From NCBI GenBank assembly GCA_044356305.1, contig JBIKWM010000002.1, positions 132,053 to 196,052 of the forward strand: a stretch of 64,000 bases of DNA, in the 5' to 3' direction. Shown here one piece after another: positions 46,015 through 56,919 of this stretch (its first letter is position 1; each line of letters starts with the position of its first letter). The notes beneath the pieces are model-generated. The model ran no database searches. It saw nothing but the letters and a program-made list of their open reading frames with translations, and was not told the origin of the DNA. A program made the translations under genes and the position numbers. The stretch comes from Flavobacteriales bacterium. Its GTDB lineage: Bacteria > Bacteroidota > Bacteroidia > UBA10329.

Positions 46015-47370
46015 ATGACTCTTTTAACCAGCGTCCCTCGGGCCGTTTGCGCCCGCTTTGGGGCCGTGGCCATAGCCGCTATGATAGTCCTTCTGGCTGC
46101 ATCTTGCCAGAAGCCTGAGCTGGCTGGAGAGGGTCTATTACCCGAGTTCGAACACGACAACTTGTTTCAGTCAGACACCTTCACTATTGTGGCTGAGACT
46201 GAGCTTTGGGACTCCATTGATGCCACGGCAGGAGACAACATCTATCTTCTCGGAGATTTTAACGACCCGTTTTTCGGGCGCACTTCGGCAGGGTTCTACA
46301 CCCAGTTCACATATTCTTCGGTTCCGAGTTTCCCAACGGGGTCGGTTGTCGACTCAGTGGTAATGACCCTGAAGTATGCCGGAATCTATGGTAACGCTGA
46401 TAAGTTGACAGGCACTCAGAAGGTTAAGGTGTTTGAACTGAGCGAAAAGCTGACGGACTCCAAGACCTATTTCACCACCGACCAGCATACTTACCACCCG
46501 CAAGAGCTCGGCTCAAAGACATTCTGGCCCGACCTGAGCCATGATGTTGTCCTTGATGGCAACTACTACTCCCCTCACTTAAGGATAAAGCTGAACAACG
46601 ACTTCGGGCAACGTCTGCTCAACATCAACGCCTATGGTAGCGAAGCCACTTTCAAAGAGAATTTCTGGGGCTTTGCTGTGATGCCAGATAACAGCGGTGT
46701 GCCGGTGGATCAGGGTGGTATTGCCTATTTCAAGCTCAGTGATGCCGTATCGGGTGTCACCCTCTACCTGCACACAAGCTCAGACACACTGTCATTCAGT
46801 TATCCAATTAAGACCACCTGCGTGTCGCACAGTTGGTTCAGCCACGAATACGTGTCTGACCTGTTGGCCCACATCGGAAATCCTGATCTGGGACGCCACA
46901 AATTATTTGTTCAGGGCACAGCGGGTACAAGGGTTAAAATCCGTTTCCCATATCTGAGTCAGATGGCTAAGGACGGCCCGATCGCTATAAGTAAAGCTCA
47001 GCTAATCTGTCCGGTTGAGGAGTTCTCTGATGCCCGATACACTGCCTCGCCCGGACTTTTTCTACAGCGTTACATCATGCGCGTATCCTCATCGGGCAAT
47101 GCTGATAGCCTGTCCTTGGCCCTGCTTACCGATATGACTGACAATCAAGTGGGTGGTCTGGCAAATTTTAATGAGGAAGATCGACAGTATGTGCTCGACC
47201 TGCCCCTATTTGCCCAACGGGTGGTGAACGGAGACTTCGGTGCTGATACCGCCATTTACATCACCACATCAGGATATATCCAAGCCGCATACCGCTCGGT
47301 CCTTGTTGGCCCGGGAGACCCGGTGCGGCCCATGAAACTGAGGATTCTTTACACCAAGCTCGAACCCTGA
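46015..47370 (+). CDS. DUF4270-family lipoprotein
   Basis: Start MTLLTSVPRAV...LLAASCQ (lipobox). Sits in the conserved Bacteroidota glycogen synthase - DUF4270 - glmS arrangement. Confidence 0.6.
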   Translation: MTLLTSVPRAVCARFGAVAIAAMIVLLAASCQKPELAGEGLLPEFEHDNLFQSDTFTIVAETELWDSIDATAGDNIYLLGDFNDPFFGRTSAGFYTQFTYSSVPSFPTGSVVDSVVMTLKYAGIYGNADKLTGTQKVKVFELSEKLTDSKTYFTTDQHTYHPQELGSKTFWPDLSHDVVLDGNYYSPHLRIKLNNDFGQRLLNINAYGSEATFKENFWGFAVMPDNSGVPVDQGGIAYFKLSDAVSGVTLYLHTSSDTLSFSYPIKTTCVSHSWFSHEYVSDLLAHIGNPDLGRHKLFVQGTAGTRVKIRFPYLSQMAKDGPIAISKAQLICPVEEFSDARYTASPGLFLQRYIMRVSSSGNADSLSLALLTDMTDNQVGGLANFNEEDRQYVLDLPLFAQRVVNGDFGADTAIYITTSGYIQAAYRSVLVGPGDPVRPMKLRILYTKLEP

Positions 47371-47373
47371 ACC

Positions 47374-49212
47374 ATGTGCGGAATAGTAGGTTACATCGGG
47401 AAGCGCGAAGCCTATCCCATTTTGATAAAAGGCCTTAAAAGGCTTGAATACAGAGGATATGACAGCGCAGGGATATGCCTGCTGAAGGACGGACTGCATG
47501 TGCACAAATGCAAAGGCAAGGTGAGCGAGTTGGAGGCTCATGCCAAAGGCAATGACCTGAGTGCCACAATCGGCATAGGTCATACACGTTGGGCCACACA
47601 TGGCGAACCGAACGATATAAATGCCCACCCACACATTTCAGGCGATGGCAGGTTGGCATTGATTCACAACGGGATCATTGAGAACTATGCCACCCTGAAA
47701 GCTGAACTCAGCCAGCGAGGACATAGCTTTAAGAGCGACACAGATACCGAAGTGTTGACACATCTGATCGAAGAGATCAGAAAGAATGCCAAGGTCGAAC
47801 TTGCTGAGGCGGTGCGTCTCGCATTGACACAGGTAATAGGTGCGTATGCCATTGTTGTTGTGAGTCAAGATGACCCTGATGTGCTAATCGGGGCGAAGAA
47901 GGGCAGTCCGATGGTGGTTGGCATCGGTCGCGATGAGTATTATATAGCCAGTGATGCCACACCCATTGTTGAGTACACCAAAAACGTGGTGTACCTTGAA
48001 GATGAAGAGGTAGTGGAGGTTCGCCCGGGTAAGGAGCTTCGCATCCGTAGCATTCAGAACGAGGAGAAGACCCCCTATGTGCAAGAGCTGGAGATGCAGC
48101 TTGAAGCATTGGAGAAAGGAGGATATCCTCATTTCATGCTCAAAGAGATATATGAGCAGCCGCGCTCAATTGCCGACAGCATGCGTGGACGGATTCATCC
48201 TGACACGGGCACAGTGAGTCTTGGTGGCATACTTGATTACGAACAGAAAATTCTGAACGCCAAGCGCATCATCATCATCGGCTGCGGCACCTCGTGGCAT
48301 GCCGGGCTGGTGGGCGAATATTTGATTGAGGATCTGGCGCGCATTCCCGTAGAGGTGGAGTATGCCTCTGAGTTCCGCTATCGCAACCCTATTATAAACG
48401 AAGACGATGTGGTGCTTGCCATATCGCAAAGTGGCGAAACGGCTGATACCCTGGCCGCCATTGAATTGGCCAAATCAAAGGGTGCTACCATTCTCGGCAT
48501 CTGCAATGTAGTAGGCAGTAGCATTCCCCGCGCCACCCACGCTGGCAGCTACACCCATGCCGGGCCCGAGATAGGTGTGGCATCGACCAAGGCTTTCACT
48601 GCACAGGTAACGGTACTAACGCTCATCGCTCTTCGTCTGGCCCATCGCAAAGGAACCCTCACCGAGTCACGTTACCACCAGATCCTAAACGGGCTTGCCG
48701 GAATTCCGGCCATGGTGAAGGACATGCTGAAAAGCGATGCCCAGACCCGCTACATAGCCCAGACATTTAAGGATGCACGCAACTTCCTTTATCTGGGCCG
48801 TGGCTACAATTTCCCAGTGGCTCTTGAGGGTGCCCTTAAGTTGAAGGAGATTTCGTACATCCACGCAGAAGGATACCCTGCGGCCGAGATGAAGCACGGC
48901 CCCATAGCATTGATTGATGAGGAGATGCCTGTGGTGGTAATAGCCACCAAGCGCGGCAGCTATGAAAAGGTGCTCTCGAACATTCAGGAGGTGAAAGCCC
49001 GCAAAGGGCGCATCATCGCAATCGTATCCGAAGGCGATGAACACGCAGCCGCACTGGCTGACCACATCATTGAGATACCTGAGACCGAGGAGGAACTGGT
49101 GCCACTGTTGGCGTCAATCCCATTGCAACTGTTGGCCTACCATATAGCTGTACTGCGCGGCTGCAATGTCGATCAGCCTCGCAACCTGGCAAAGAGTGTC
49201 ACAGTTGAGTGA
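47374..49212 (+). CDS. glmS: Glutamine--fructose-6-phosphate aminotransferase
   Basis: N-terminal MCGIVGYIG (Ntn Cys). Two SIS domains. C-terminal ...KSVTVE. 612 aa. Confidence 0.9.
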   Translation: MCGIVGYIGKREAYPILIKGLKRLEYRGYDSAGICLLKDGLHVHKCKGKVSELEAHAKGNDLSATIGIGHTRWATHGEPNDINAHPHISGDGRLALIHNGIIENYATLKAELSQRGHSFKSDTDTEVLTHLIEEIRKNAKVELAEAVRLALTQVIGAYAIVVVSQDDPDVLIGAKKGSPMVVGIGRDEYYIASDATPIVEYTKNVVYLEDEEVVEVRPGKELRIRSIQNEEKTPYVQELEMQLEALEKGGYPHFMLKEIYEQPRSIADSMRGRIHPDTGTVSLGGILDYEQKILNAKRIIIIGCGTSWHAGLVGEYLIEDLARIPVEVEYASEFRYRNPIINEDDVVLAISQSGETADTLAAIELAKSKGATILGICNVVGSSIPRATHAGSYTHAGPEIGVASTKAFTAQVTVLTLIALRLAHRKGTLTESRYHQILNGLAGIPAMVKDMLKSDAQTRYIAQTFKDARNFLYLGRGYNFPVALEGALKLKEISYIHAEGYPAAEMKHGPIALIDEEMPVVVIATKRGSYEKVLSNIQEVKARKGRIIAIVSEGDEHAAALADHIIEIPETEEELVPLLASIPLQLLAYHIAVLRGCNVDQPRNLAKSVTVE

Positions 49213-49221
49213 CTCTCTGCA

Positions 49222-49878
49222 TCAATTCCCTCCTTCCTTTTTCTCCTCAGATTTCGGCAACGGTGTATTGGGCCGTTTCGGTTCCCGGCCCCGCTTGCCT
49301 ATCGTGCCGCCCCACAGTCCCATCTGAGGGTCGCGCGGAGGCGGTTGGGGCAGCCGTTGGAATTGGAACGGTTGTGGCTCATGTTTCTTCAGATTCCTAT
49401 TCCTTCGAGTCTGTCTGAAGTGATCCTTGCCTTTTGCCGCACCAGTACCGTTGCGGCCAGAAGTGTTGCCAAAAGCCGAAATCTCGGTATCAATAGCGTG
49501 GCGGTAACGATGATTTCCGAACCCGCTATCGGCTCTATAGCGAGGCGATCGGCCCTTACTGCTCAGAAAATGGTCAGCGCCATCGAATAGGCTACCGCGG
49601 GTGCGCTTGGTGGAAAAAGCGTCCTGGTCGCGGAACCTACCGACTCCGCGTCTGACAACAAATGCATCGGCCATGGCGCCTCGGTTCCGAACCGAAACAG
49701 GCCTCACAAAAAGGTCGGCCTTTGCCGATCCTTTATGATCACCCACCCGCACCATGAACCCTCCCTTGCGTGCCTTGGTTCGAACCCGCTCGTTGGTAAT
49801 GCCCATACTCGGGCACTCTACCTGTGCTGCCGTCACAAGTGGTGTGAAAAGACAGACGAGCATGGCAAATAGTATCAT
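49222..49878 (-). CDS. Hypothetical secreted, highly basic low-complexity protein
   Basis: Signal peptide MILFAMLVCLFTPLVTAAQ followed by an R/K/G-rich, probably disordered sequence. No domain recognised. Confidence 0.35.
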   Translation of the reverse strand: MILFAMLVCLFTPLVTAAQVECPSMGITNERVRTKARKGGFMVRVGDHKGSAKADLFVRPVSVRNRGAMADAFVVRRGVGRFRDQDAFSTKRTRGSLFDGADHFLSSKGRSPRYRADSGFGNHRYRHAIDTEISAFGNTSGRNGTGAAKGKDHFRQTRRNRNLKKHEPQPFQFQRLPQPPPRDPQMGLWGGTIGKRGREPKRPNTPLPKSEEKKEGGN

Positions 49879-49913
49879 TCCTGCTTACTTGTCAGCAACC
49901 AAGGATAATGGCA

Positions 49914-50975
49914 TCATCTCTTGATGTCGCGCTTATTCAGGTTGCGCTGAAACGCACGGGCAAAAGCCAAGTGCTGGTCAAAGGTGACGGAGAAATCATG
50001 ATAACCCGTTCCATCGGGGCGGGCGCAGAAATAAATGTAGCTGTGACGCGGGGCCGATAACACCGCATCGACCGATGTGGGCGAGGGCACACAGATAGGG
50101 CCAGGTGGCAACCCTGTGTATTTGTATGTGTTATAGGGCGATTCAATCTCCTTGTGCCAATTGAGCACCCTGCGGGCATCGAAATCTCGATTGGCATACA
50201 CTAATGTGGGGTCGGCCTGAAGCGCCATTCCCTTCCGAAGCCTGTTGAGATACACACCGGCAATGGTCGGTTTCTCGCTCTCGCGATTGGTCTCTCTCTC
50301 CACAATAGCTGCAAGGATTACGGCCTCGGTGGGCGTGAGGCCCTGCGCCTGCGATTTTCTAATCCTATCAGCATCCCAAAAAAGACGGTGCTCCTTCTCC
50401 ATGCGGTCAAAGAACCCATCGGCATCGGTGTTCCACCACATCTCGTAGGTGTTGGGCACCATCATGGTAAGTATGGTTTCTGGGTTAAGACCGTACCGGG
50501 CTGAATAGCTCGGGTCATTGAGCCTTTCCATGACGGCAACGCTGTCTGTTTCGAGCAAACGGCCTATCCGCGCAGCGAAATCCTCCTTCAACCTGATGTT
50601 GTTGAATGTCACCTTCACCGGTTCCTGAAGCCCGGCCCTGAGAATGTTGACCAACTCGTTGTTGCCCATGCCTTTGCGCAGGCGATATCTGCCCGGACGT
50701 ACATTCCGGTCATACTTCTTCAGTTGGGCCAAAAGGACGAAACGGGCGCGGTCCATCAGTAGTCCATCGGCCTCAAGCCCCGTCACAACATTATCAAAAT
50801 CAGACCCCGTGGCTATGTAAAAAAGCACCGAGGGCTTATCCGTACTGATGTTGGGCGCATACACCAGTCTGTACGCCTGCCACGCCACCAGAGCCCCAAC
50901 GGCAACTAAGGCGAGGACGGTGATCAGAGCCACACGTTTCCAATTCCTCTTTGGCTTGCCTTTCCCCTTGCCCAT
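49914..50975 (-). CDS. mltG: Endolytic murein transglycosylase MltG (YceG family)
   Basis: N-terminal TM anchor. YceG-like domain (NVRPGRYRLRKGMGNNELVNIL, YNTYKYTGLPPGPICVPS). Confidence 0.75.
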   Translation of the reverse strand: MGKGKGKPKRNWKRVALITVLALVAVGALVAWQAYRLVYAPNISTDKPSVLFYIATGSDFDNVVTGLEADGLLMDRARFVLLAQLKKYDRNVRPGRYRLRKGMGNNELVNILRAGLQEPVKVTFNNIRLKEDFAARIGRLLETDSVAVMERLNDPSYSARYGLNPETILTMMVPNTYEMWWNTDADGFFDRMEKEHRLFWDADRIRKSQAQGLTPTEAVILAAIVERETNRESEKPTIAGVYLNRLRKGMALQADPTLVYANRDFDARRVLNWHKEIESPYNTYKYTGLPPGPICVPSPTSVDAVLSAPRHSYIYFCARPDGTGYHDFSVTFDQHLAFARAFQRNLNKRDIKR

Positions 50976-51496
50976 CAGTCGTTGCGATGTGGGTTGAGCA
51001 GTTGCATGAATTCGGCATCGATAAAAGTGTTGCCCCTGCGCATCCATGCCTTACAGGTACCCACACTTTTGTAACCAGCATTGATAAAGGCCCGCAGGCT
51101 GGGCGCATTATCAACAGCAATATGGCAGTATAGCTGACGCAAAGCCAAATTGCCGAATGCCATGGTGCTGAGGCTATTGAGCACCCCCACGGCCAAGCCC
51201 TGTCCGCGCCTCTTGCTGTCAATAAGAATGCCGACCCCGGCCCTCTGATTGACGGGGCAGAAATCGAACAGGTCAATGGTGCCAAAAGCCAGGCCTTGGG
51301 CATCGACCGCCATAAGCCTGAGCTGGCGGTCAATGTAAATGTCGTGGTGCGATGTGCTGATGAAGTCGTTGATGGCCTTGCGAGAGTACGGATGAACCGA
51401 ACCGCTGAGAGGCCACACCTCGGGGTCGTTCTCCCAGAGATGTATCAGGTCGGCATCGGAAGGCTCAACGGCCCGGAGTTGGATGGGTCCTGACAT
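50975..51496 (-). CDS. GNAT family N-acetyltransferase
   Basis: 173 aa with RRGQGLAVGVLNSL (acetyl-CoA binding loop Q/RxxGxG/A). Stop overlaps the mltG start. Confidence 0.65.
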   Translation of the reverse strand: MSGPIQLRAVEPSDADLIHLWENDPEVWPLSGSVHPYSRKAINDFISTSHHDIYIDRQLRLMAVDAQGLAFGTIDLFDFCPVNQRAGVGILIDSKRRGQGLAVGVLNSLSTMAFGNLALRQLYCHIAVDNAPSLRAFINAGYKSVGTCKAWMRRGNTFIDAEFMQLLNPHRND

Positions 51497-51526
51497 CAGC
51501 CCATAAAAAAATCGTTCCTTATGACC

Positions 51527-52864
51527 TCATCGGGCCATGAAGGTCTCCACAAACTTGGTGGTGTAGTTGCCCGAGAGAAACTCTGGGCTTTCCATGATCC
51601 TGACATGAAAAGGTATAGTGGTCTTCACTCCCTCTATCACAAATTCTGAAAGGGCCCTGCGCATCTTGTGTATGGCCTCTTCGCGGGTCTGGGCAACTGT
51701 GATCAGCTTACCGATCATGCTGTCGTAGTGAGGTGGAATGGTGTAGCCCGCATACACGTGGCTATCTATTCGCACTCCGTGGCCGCCCGGTATGTGCAGC
51801 GTGGTGATGGTGCCAGGGCTCGGCCTGAAGTTGTTGTCCGGGTCCTCGGCATTGATACGGCATTCAATGGCGTGCAACTGTGGTGTATAGTTCTTGCCTG
51901 AAATGGGGATGCCGGCCGCCACTTTTATCTGTTCCTGTATCAGATCATAGTCTATCACCTCCTCGGTAATGGGATGCTCCACCTGAATACGGGTGTTCAT
52001 CTCCATGAAATAAAAGTTGCGGTGCTTGTCTACAAGGAACTCAACCGTGCCCACACCTTCATAATTGACTGCCGCAGCAGCTTTGATGGCGGCCTGGCCC
52101 ATGGCCTCGCGCAGCGCATCGGTCATGAATGGGGAGGGTGTCTCTTCGAGCAGTTTCTGGTGCCTGCGCTGAATGGAGCAGTCGCGCTCGCTCAGGTGAC
52201 ATACGGTGCCGTACTGGTCGCCCACCACCTGAATCTCAATATGGCGAGGTTCCTCTATGAACTTCTCCATATACATACCATCGTTACCAAATGCTGCGCC
52301 AGCCTCCTTGCGGGCGGTATCCCAAGCGTTCTGAAGTTCATCCTCGGCATACACTATACGCATGCCCTTGCCCCCGCCCCCGGCCGTGGCCTTGAGCATG
52401 ACCGGGTACTTTATCTTTTTGGCCACTTTACGCGCCTCATCAAGGCTTTCGAGCAACCCTCCTGAACCGGGCACGGTCGGCACCCCGGCACGCTCCATGG
52501 TCTGTTTGGCAGAGCTCTTGTCGCCCATGGCCATTATCATCTCTGGAGACGCACCGATGAACTTAATACCGTTCTCTTTGCAAATGCGCGAAAAGGTGGC
52601 GTTCTCGCTAAGAAAACCATAGCCAGGGTGAATGGCATCAGCATTGGTGATCTCGGCCGCGCTGATGATGTTGGGCATGTTCAGGTAGCTCAGCGCGCTT
52701 GTGGGTGGGCCGATGCATACCGCCTCATCAGCGAATTTCACATGCAGGCTGTCCTTGTCGGCTGTGCTGTACACGGCCACAGTACTTATGCCCATTTCGC
52801 GGCAGGTACGTAACACACGCAGTGCTATCTCGCCCCTATTTGCAATGAGTATCTTCTTGAACAT
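51527..52864 (-). CDS. accC: Acetyl-CoA carboxylase, biotin carboxylase subunit
   Basis: [29 protein letters not shown]-grasp motifs. 445 aa. Confidence 0.9.
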   Translation of the reverse strand: MFKKILIANRGEIALRVLRTCREMGISTVAVYSTADKDSLHVKFADEAVCIGPPTSALSYLNMPNIISAAEITNADAIHPGYGFLSENATFSRICKENGIKFIGASPEMIMAMGDKSSAKQTMERAGVPTVPGSGGLLESLDEARKVAKKIKYPVMLKATAGGGGKGMRIVYAEDELQNAWDTARKEAGAAFGNDGMYMEKFIEEPRHIEIQVVGDQYGTVCHLSERDCSIQRRHQKLLEETPSPFMTDALREAMGQAAIKAAAAVNYEGVGTVEFLVDKHRNFYFMEMNTRIQVEHPITEEVIDYDLIQEQIKVAAGIPISGKNYTPQLHAIECRINAEDPDNNFRPSPGTITTLHIPGGHGVRIDSHVYAGYTIPPHYDSMIGKLITVAQTREEAIHKMRRALSEFVIEGVKTTIPFHVRIMESPEFLSGNYTTKFVETFMAR

Positions 52865-52946
52865 CAGTGGTGACTGGTAACGAAGAGGTAACAGCTAAAG
52901 GGATAAAACGCGGAATGGGCAGCCACGACATGGGCTGATTCCGCCC

Positions 52947-53450
52947 TCAGTTCGGCTCAATAAGGAACAGGGGCTGGTCGTATTCGACTGGCGAGGAATC
53001 GTCAGCCAACACTTTAACCAAGCGTCCATCGTATTCACTCTCAATCTCATTGAAGAGTTTCATGGCTTCGATGATGCAAAGGGTCTGACCCTTTTTCACC
53101 TCATCGCCCACCGATACAAAGGGTGGCTTGTCTGGCGATGGGCTACGGTAAAATGTTCCGATCATGGGCGAACGCTGCTGTATTCCACTGGCCTGTTCGG
53201 CCTTGGGAGCAGCGGCCGTAGGGGCTGCCACGGGCTGCGCAGGTGCCGCGGCAGCCGCTGGGGCTGCGGGGGCGGGTGCAGCCATCATTGCTGGCATCAT
53301 CATAGGCTGTGGAATAGCCACAGCCTCGGCACTTTTCTTACCGTTGCCCGTGCGTATAACCAGTTTGAAGCCCTTGGTCTCAAGTTCTACCTCGCTCACG
53401 CCAGCGCGCGACACGAACCGTATGAGTTCCTGTATCTCTTTTACGTCCAT
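52947..53450 (-). CDS. accB: Acetyl-CoA carboxylase biotin carboxyl carrier protein
   Basis: Ala/Pro-rich linker. Biotinylation motif [13 protein letters not shown]. Confidence 0.85.
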   Translation of the reverse strand: MDVKEIQELIRFVSRAGVSEVELETKGFKLVIRTGNGKKSAEAVAIPQPMMMPAMMAAPAPAAPAAAAAPAQPVAAPTAAAPKAEQASGIQQRSPMIGTFYRSPSPDKPPFVSVGDEVKKGQTLCIIEAMKLFNEIESEYDGRLVKVLADDSSPVEYDQPLFLIEPN

Positions 53451-53495
53451 CTTTATTTAATGTGAGGGATGAGTAGGGGTGTAAATGTAAGTGGA

Positions 53496-54503
53496 TCAGA
53501 CTTGGGCCGGGGTGGGGTCGTAGGCCCATTTCACATAAAGCGCGCCCCATGTGAATCCACCACCGAAGGCCGATATGATGAGGTTGTCGCCACGGTGCAG
53601 CCTGTCCTCCCACTCGTGCAGGCACAATGGGATGGTTCCGTTGGTGGTGTTTCCATAGCGGTCAATGTTCTTCATCACCTTATCATCGCTCAGACCCATG
53701 CGCTCTGCAGCGGCCTGTATGATGCGCTCGTTGGCCTGATGTGGCACGAGGTAAGCGATATCCTTTGCGGACAGATGGTTGCGCTCCATCACTTTGGCAC
53801 TCACCTCGGCCATGCGGGTCACCGCAAACTTGAAAACCGCTTGACCTTCCTGATACACATAATGCTCTCTCCGGTCAACAGTCTCATGTGTGGCAGGTCT
53901 GCGGCTGCCACCGGCTTTCTGATGCAGGTGCACGGCTCCTGCACCATCGGTATGCAGGCTGTGGTCAAGCAGGCCGTAGCCTTCAGTGTTGGGTTCCAAT
54001 AAAACGGCCCCGCCACCGTCACCGAAAATGACGCACGTTTTGCGGTCGGTGTAGTCAATGATGCTCGACATCTTATCCGCTCCAACCACAACCACCTTGC
54101 GGTACTGGCCACTCTCTATGAACTTACTTGCTGTCACCAAGGCATATATGAAACCCGAGCAGGCTGCATTCAGGTCATAGCTGAAGGCATTTACTGCGCC
54201 CACCTGATCGCAGATAATATTGGCCGTGGCCGGAAACTGCATATCGGGGGTCACGGTGGCACATATCAGCAGGTCTATCTCCTTAGCATCGGTGCCGGTC
54301 TTGCGCAACAGGCCGTTAACGGCATGAACGGCCATGACCGATGTGCCCTGGTCCTCGCCTTTCAAAATACGCCTCTCGCTAATGCCGGTGCGGCTGCGTA
54401 TCCATTCATCGTTGGTCTCAACCAGACGCTCAAGCTCAGCATTTGTGAGCCGATACTCCGGTGCCCAGGCGTGTACCCCTGTTATGGCTGCGGTCATTTT
54501 CAT
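53496..54503 (-). CDS. fabH: 3-oxoacyl-ACP synthase III
   Basis: Active-site NAACSGFIYAL (Cys). C-terminal HQAN and GFGGGFTWGA motifs. Confidence 0.85.
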   Translation of the reverse strand: MKMTAAITGVHAWAPEYRLTNAELERLVETNDEWIRSRTGISERRILKGEDQGTSVMAVHAVNGLLRKTGTDAKEIDLLICATVTPDMQFPATANIICDQVGAVNAFSYDLNAACSGFIYALVTASKFIESGQYRKVVVVGADKMSSIIDYTDRKTCVIFGDGGGAVLLEPNTEGYGLLDHSLHTDGAGAVHLHQKAGGSRRPATHETVDRREHYVYQEGQAVFKFAVTRMAEVSAKVMERNHLSAKDIAYLVPHQANERIIQAAAERMGLSDDKVMKNIDRYGNTTNGTIPLCLHEWEDRLHRGDNLIISAFGGGFTWGALYVKWAYDPTPAQV

Positions 54504-54580
54504 GCGCTACGTGGTGCCATAAGCACAGAAAGCGGCCCATAGGCCGCTTCTGGATGTGAACGATGTTACAAGCAGCCCTA

Positions 54581-54769
54581 TCAAGCGGCCTGCTTCTCCA
54601 TCACCACTTTACCCTTGTAGTAAAGCTTGCCCTCATACCAATGGGCCCGGTGATACAGATGCGGTTCGCCCGTGGTGGGGCATATGGCGATAGTGGGAAG
54701 CTCGGCCTTGTAGTGGGTCCTGCGCTTATCCCTACGGGTGCTGCTCTGTCTGCGTTTAGGATGTGCCAT
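54581..54769 (-). CDS. rpmF: 50S ribosomal protein L32
   Basis: [21 protein letters not shown], 62 aa. Confidence 0.85.
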   Translation of the reverse strand: MAHPKRRQSSTRRDKRRTHYKAELPTIAICPTTGEPHLYHRAHWYEGKLYYKGKVVMEKQAA

Positions 54770-54781
54770 GACGTATCGATG

Positions 54782-55315
54782 TCAGTCTTTGAAACGGTCT
54801 TTCATTTTTCCAAGGGCGTCCCACATGGGATTGGCCTCATTTGCCTTGTTCTGCACTTCGAGCATCTGTAGCACCTCTTGGTCGCATAACCCAGTCATGC
54901 CCAGATCTTCGCACGGCACCTTGCGCAATGGCAATGAGAGTGCGATATTCTCGAACACGAACCGGGCCACATCCACCTCATGCGCTTCGGGTGAAAGGAT
55001 GATCATGTCATCATCCACGGCTTCACCGTCAACACCTTCCGCAAACTTCACATACAGCATGTGCCTGCCCATGATGGGCTGAGCGAATGCTGCCGAGCAA
55101 CGGTCGCACTGACTGTCAATCCCGCCATTCATGGTAAATGCGAGCTCGAGCATGTGCGGCCGCTTGGTAAGGATCAGATTGATCTTTACCGAGCCGGTGA
55201 AGTCGGGCGCGTGCCCCAAAGCCTCAAAGAACCGGTCGTCCGCTTCAAGCTCAAAATCGTGGTCTCCGATCTTCAGACCGGAGAACTGGATCTTGAAATC
55301 GTCCAGAACTCCCAT
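54782..55315 (-). CDS. YceD/DUF177 family protein (23S rRNA accumulation protein)
   Basis: Cys cluster CDRC...C.DL....C in a 177-aa protein directly upstream of rpmF, the classical yceD-rpmF arrangement. Confidence 0.7.
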   Translation of the reverse strand: MGVLDDFKIQFSGLKIGDHDFELEADDRFFEALGHAPDFTGSVKINLILTKRPHMLELAFTMNGGIDSQCDRCSAAFAQPIMGRHMLYVKFAEGVDGEAVDDDMIILSPEAHEVDVARFVFENIALSLPLRKVPCEDLGMTGLCDQEVLQMLEVQNKANEANPMWDALGKMKDRFKD

Positions 55316-55399
55316 TTTTTCAGAACAAGGGCCGCAAAAGTAACATTTTTTCCGAAGCGGGGAAGACCCTTTTTCCGGTCTATTTTCGGAGCCGGAGCG

Positions 55400-56875
55400 A
55401 TGGGCACTCTTACCTCAGAAAGCATGCAGAGATGGGCCATTTTCCTTGCCTTTCTGATCCTCACCGGCTTCAATATTTTCTACAAGCTCGATGGCCCCTC
55501 GGTGCGCATGTGGGACGAGAGCCGCAGCGGCATCAATGCATTGGAGATGCTGGAAACGGGCGATTTCATTGTTACCCGATTTGAGGGCGAACCTGACCTC
55601 TGGTACACAAAACCGCCCCTTGTGGCGTGGATGCAGGCGGGGTTCTTTTTGGTGCTCGGCCCCACAGAGCTGGCCCTGAGGCTGCCCTCCGCCCTTGCCG
55701 GGTTGTTCACCTGTCTTCTGCTCCTATGGTTCAGCGCCACGAGACTGGGCAGTTGGCGACCGGGATTCATAGCGGGTTTCGCCCTTGTCGGCATGAAAGG
55801 CTACATAACCCACCATGTGACCCGAACGGGCGACAGCGACAGTGTGCTCATATTCTTTGTCACCGCCTATGCGCTGACATTCTTCAATGCCCTTGAAACG
55901 GAAGGAAGGGAACGGCTGCGCTGGTTGCTGCTATCCACGCTGGAATTGGGTATTGCGGCCATGGCCAAGTCGAGTGCCGCGCTGCTCATGCTGCCGGGCG
56001 TTTTCTTCTTCACCCTTCTACAGCCACGCCCCACCTTGTTTCAGAAGCTCTTGATGCTCGTGGTGCTCACTTCGGGTGCAGGTCTGCTGTTTGTCTACTA
56101 TCTGATCAGAGAGGCTGCCGAACCTGGACTTCTTTCCCTGCTTTGGAACCTCGAGTGGGGCGGTAGGTACATGGGTGGATTCCCTCATCACCACGAGCCC
56201 TGGGACTTCTTCATACATGCCCTGTTCCGCATCGATCTGTTCCCGCATCTGTGGTGGGTGCCGCTAATCCTGTACACATTACTTCAGGTAAGAAAGGAGG
56301 CCGTGGGCAGGGCAGGCCTATACGGCCTGTTATTGGCGGCCATGTATCTTGTCATCATATCTGTCCCCGCCACCAAACTCGAATGGTACGATGCACAGAT
56401 GTGCCCATTCTTCGCCCTATCCATAGGGTGCGCTTTGCATATATTGATAGGATGGGCAGAAAGGAATGTGCCGGAGAAGAACAGCCGAACTGTTGCTGCC
56501 CTGATTGCCGTTTCTCTGCTCGGCCCCAGTTATTATCTCATCTACAGACAGAATATCAGCTGTGCCGACCCCAAGAAACTCGAATATGAGCGGGCCGGAT
56601 ATGCTGTTATGGAGTTATTGCGGCAGCGGCCCGAAATGATTGACTATTCGCTGCTGAGCCCTGGTTTCAACCAAAGTGCGCACTTTTACAAGAAACGGCT
56701 GGCAGCCGGGCACGGGGTGCAGCTGCGCAATCTCGATTCGAACCATCACACACCCGACCCAGGCCTTCCGCTGCTGATCTGCCACGACACCCTGAATCAG
56801 GCATTCAGCCCCGGCACTCGCCCACTGCTGTGGTCCACCAAATATGGCTGCCGCCTCTACGGCCCTGAACCATAG
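55400..56875 (+). CDS. Glycosyltransferase family 39 (ArnT/PMT-like) membrane protein
   Basis: Start MGTLTSESMQRWAIFLAFL. Multi-TM with DES..GINALEM...WYTKPPLVAWMQAGFF loop motifs of GT39. The longer ORF 55061.. would overlap yceD. Confidence 0.65.
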   Translation: MGTLTSESMQRWAIFLAFLILTGFNIFYKLDGPSVRMWDESRSGINALEMLETGDFIVTRFEGEPDLWYTKPPLVAWMQAGFFLVLGPTELALRLPSALAGLFTCLLLLWFSATRLGSWRPGFIAGFALVGMKGYITHHVTRTGDSDSVLIFFVTAYALTFFNALETEGRERLRWLLLSTLELGIAAMAKSSAALLMLPGVFFFTLLQPRPTLFQKLLMLVVLTSGAGLLFVYYLIREAAEPGLLSLLWNLEWGGRYMGGFPHHHEPWDFFIHALFRIDLFPHLWWVPLILYTLLQVRKEAVGRAGLYGLLLAAMYLVIISVPATKLEWYDAQMCPFFALSIGCALHILIGWAERNVPEKNSRTVAALIAVSLLGPSYYLIYRQNISCADPKKLEYERAGYAVMELLRQRPEMIDYSLLSPGFNQSAHFYKKRLAAGHGVQLRNLDSNHHTPDPGLPLLICHDTLNQAFSPGTRPLLWSTKYGCRLYGPEP

Positions 56876-56919
56876 GTGTGCGGTGGTGTTGCCCTACCTT
56901 CATCCCCAAAAACAGAAAC

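Noticed and set aside
55061-55399. Long N-terminal extension of the GT39 ORF
   Set aside because: It would overlap the yceD gene (54782..55315, minus). The hydrophobic GT39 N-terminus begins at the Met at 55400.
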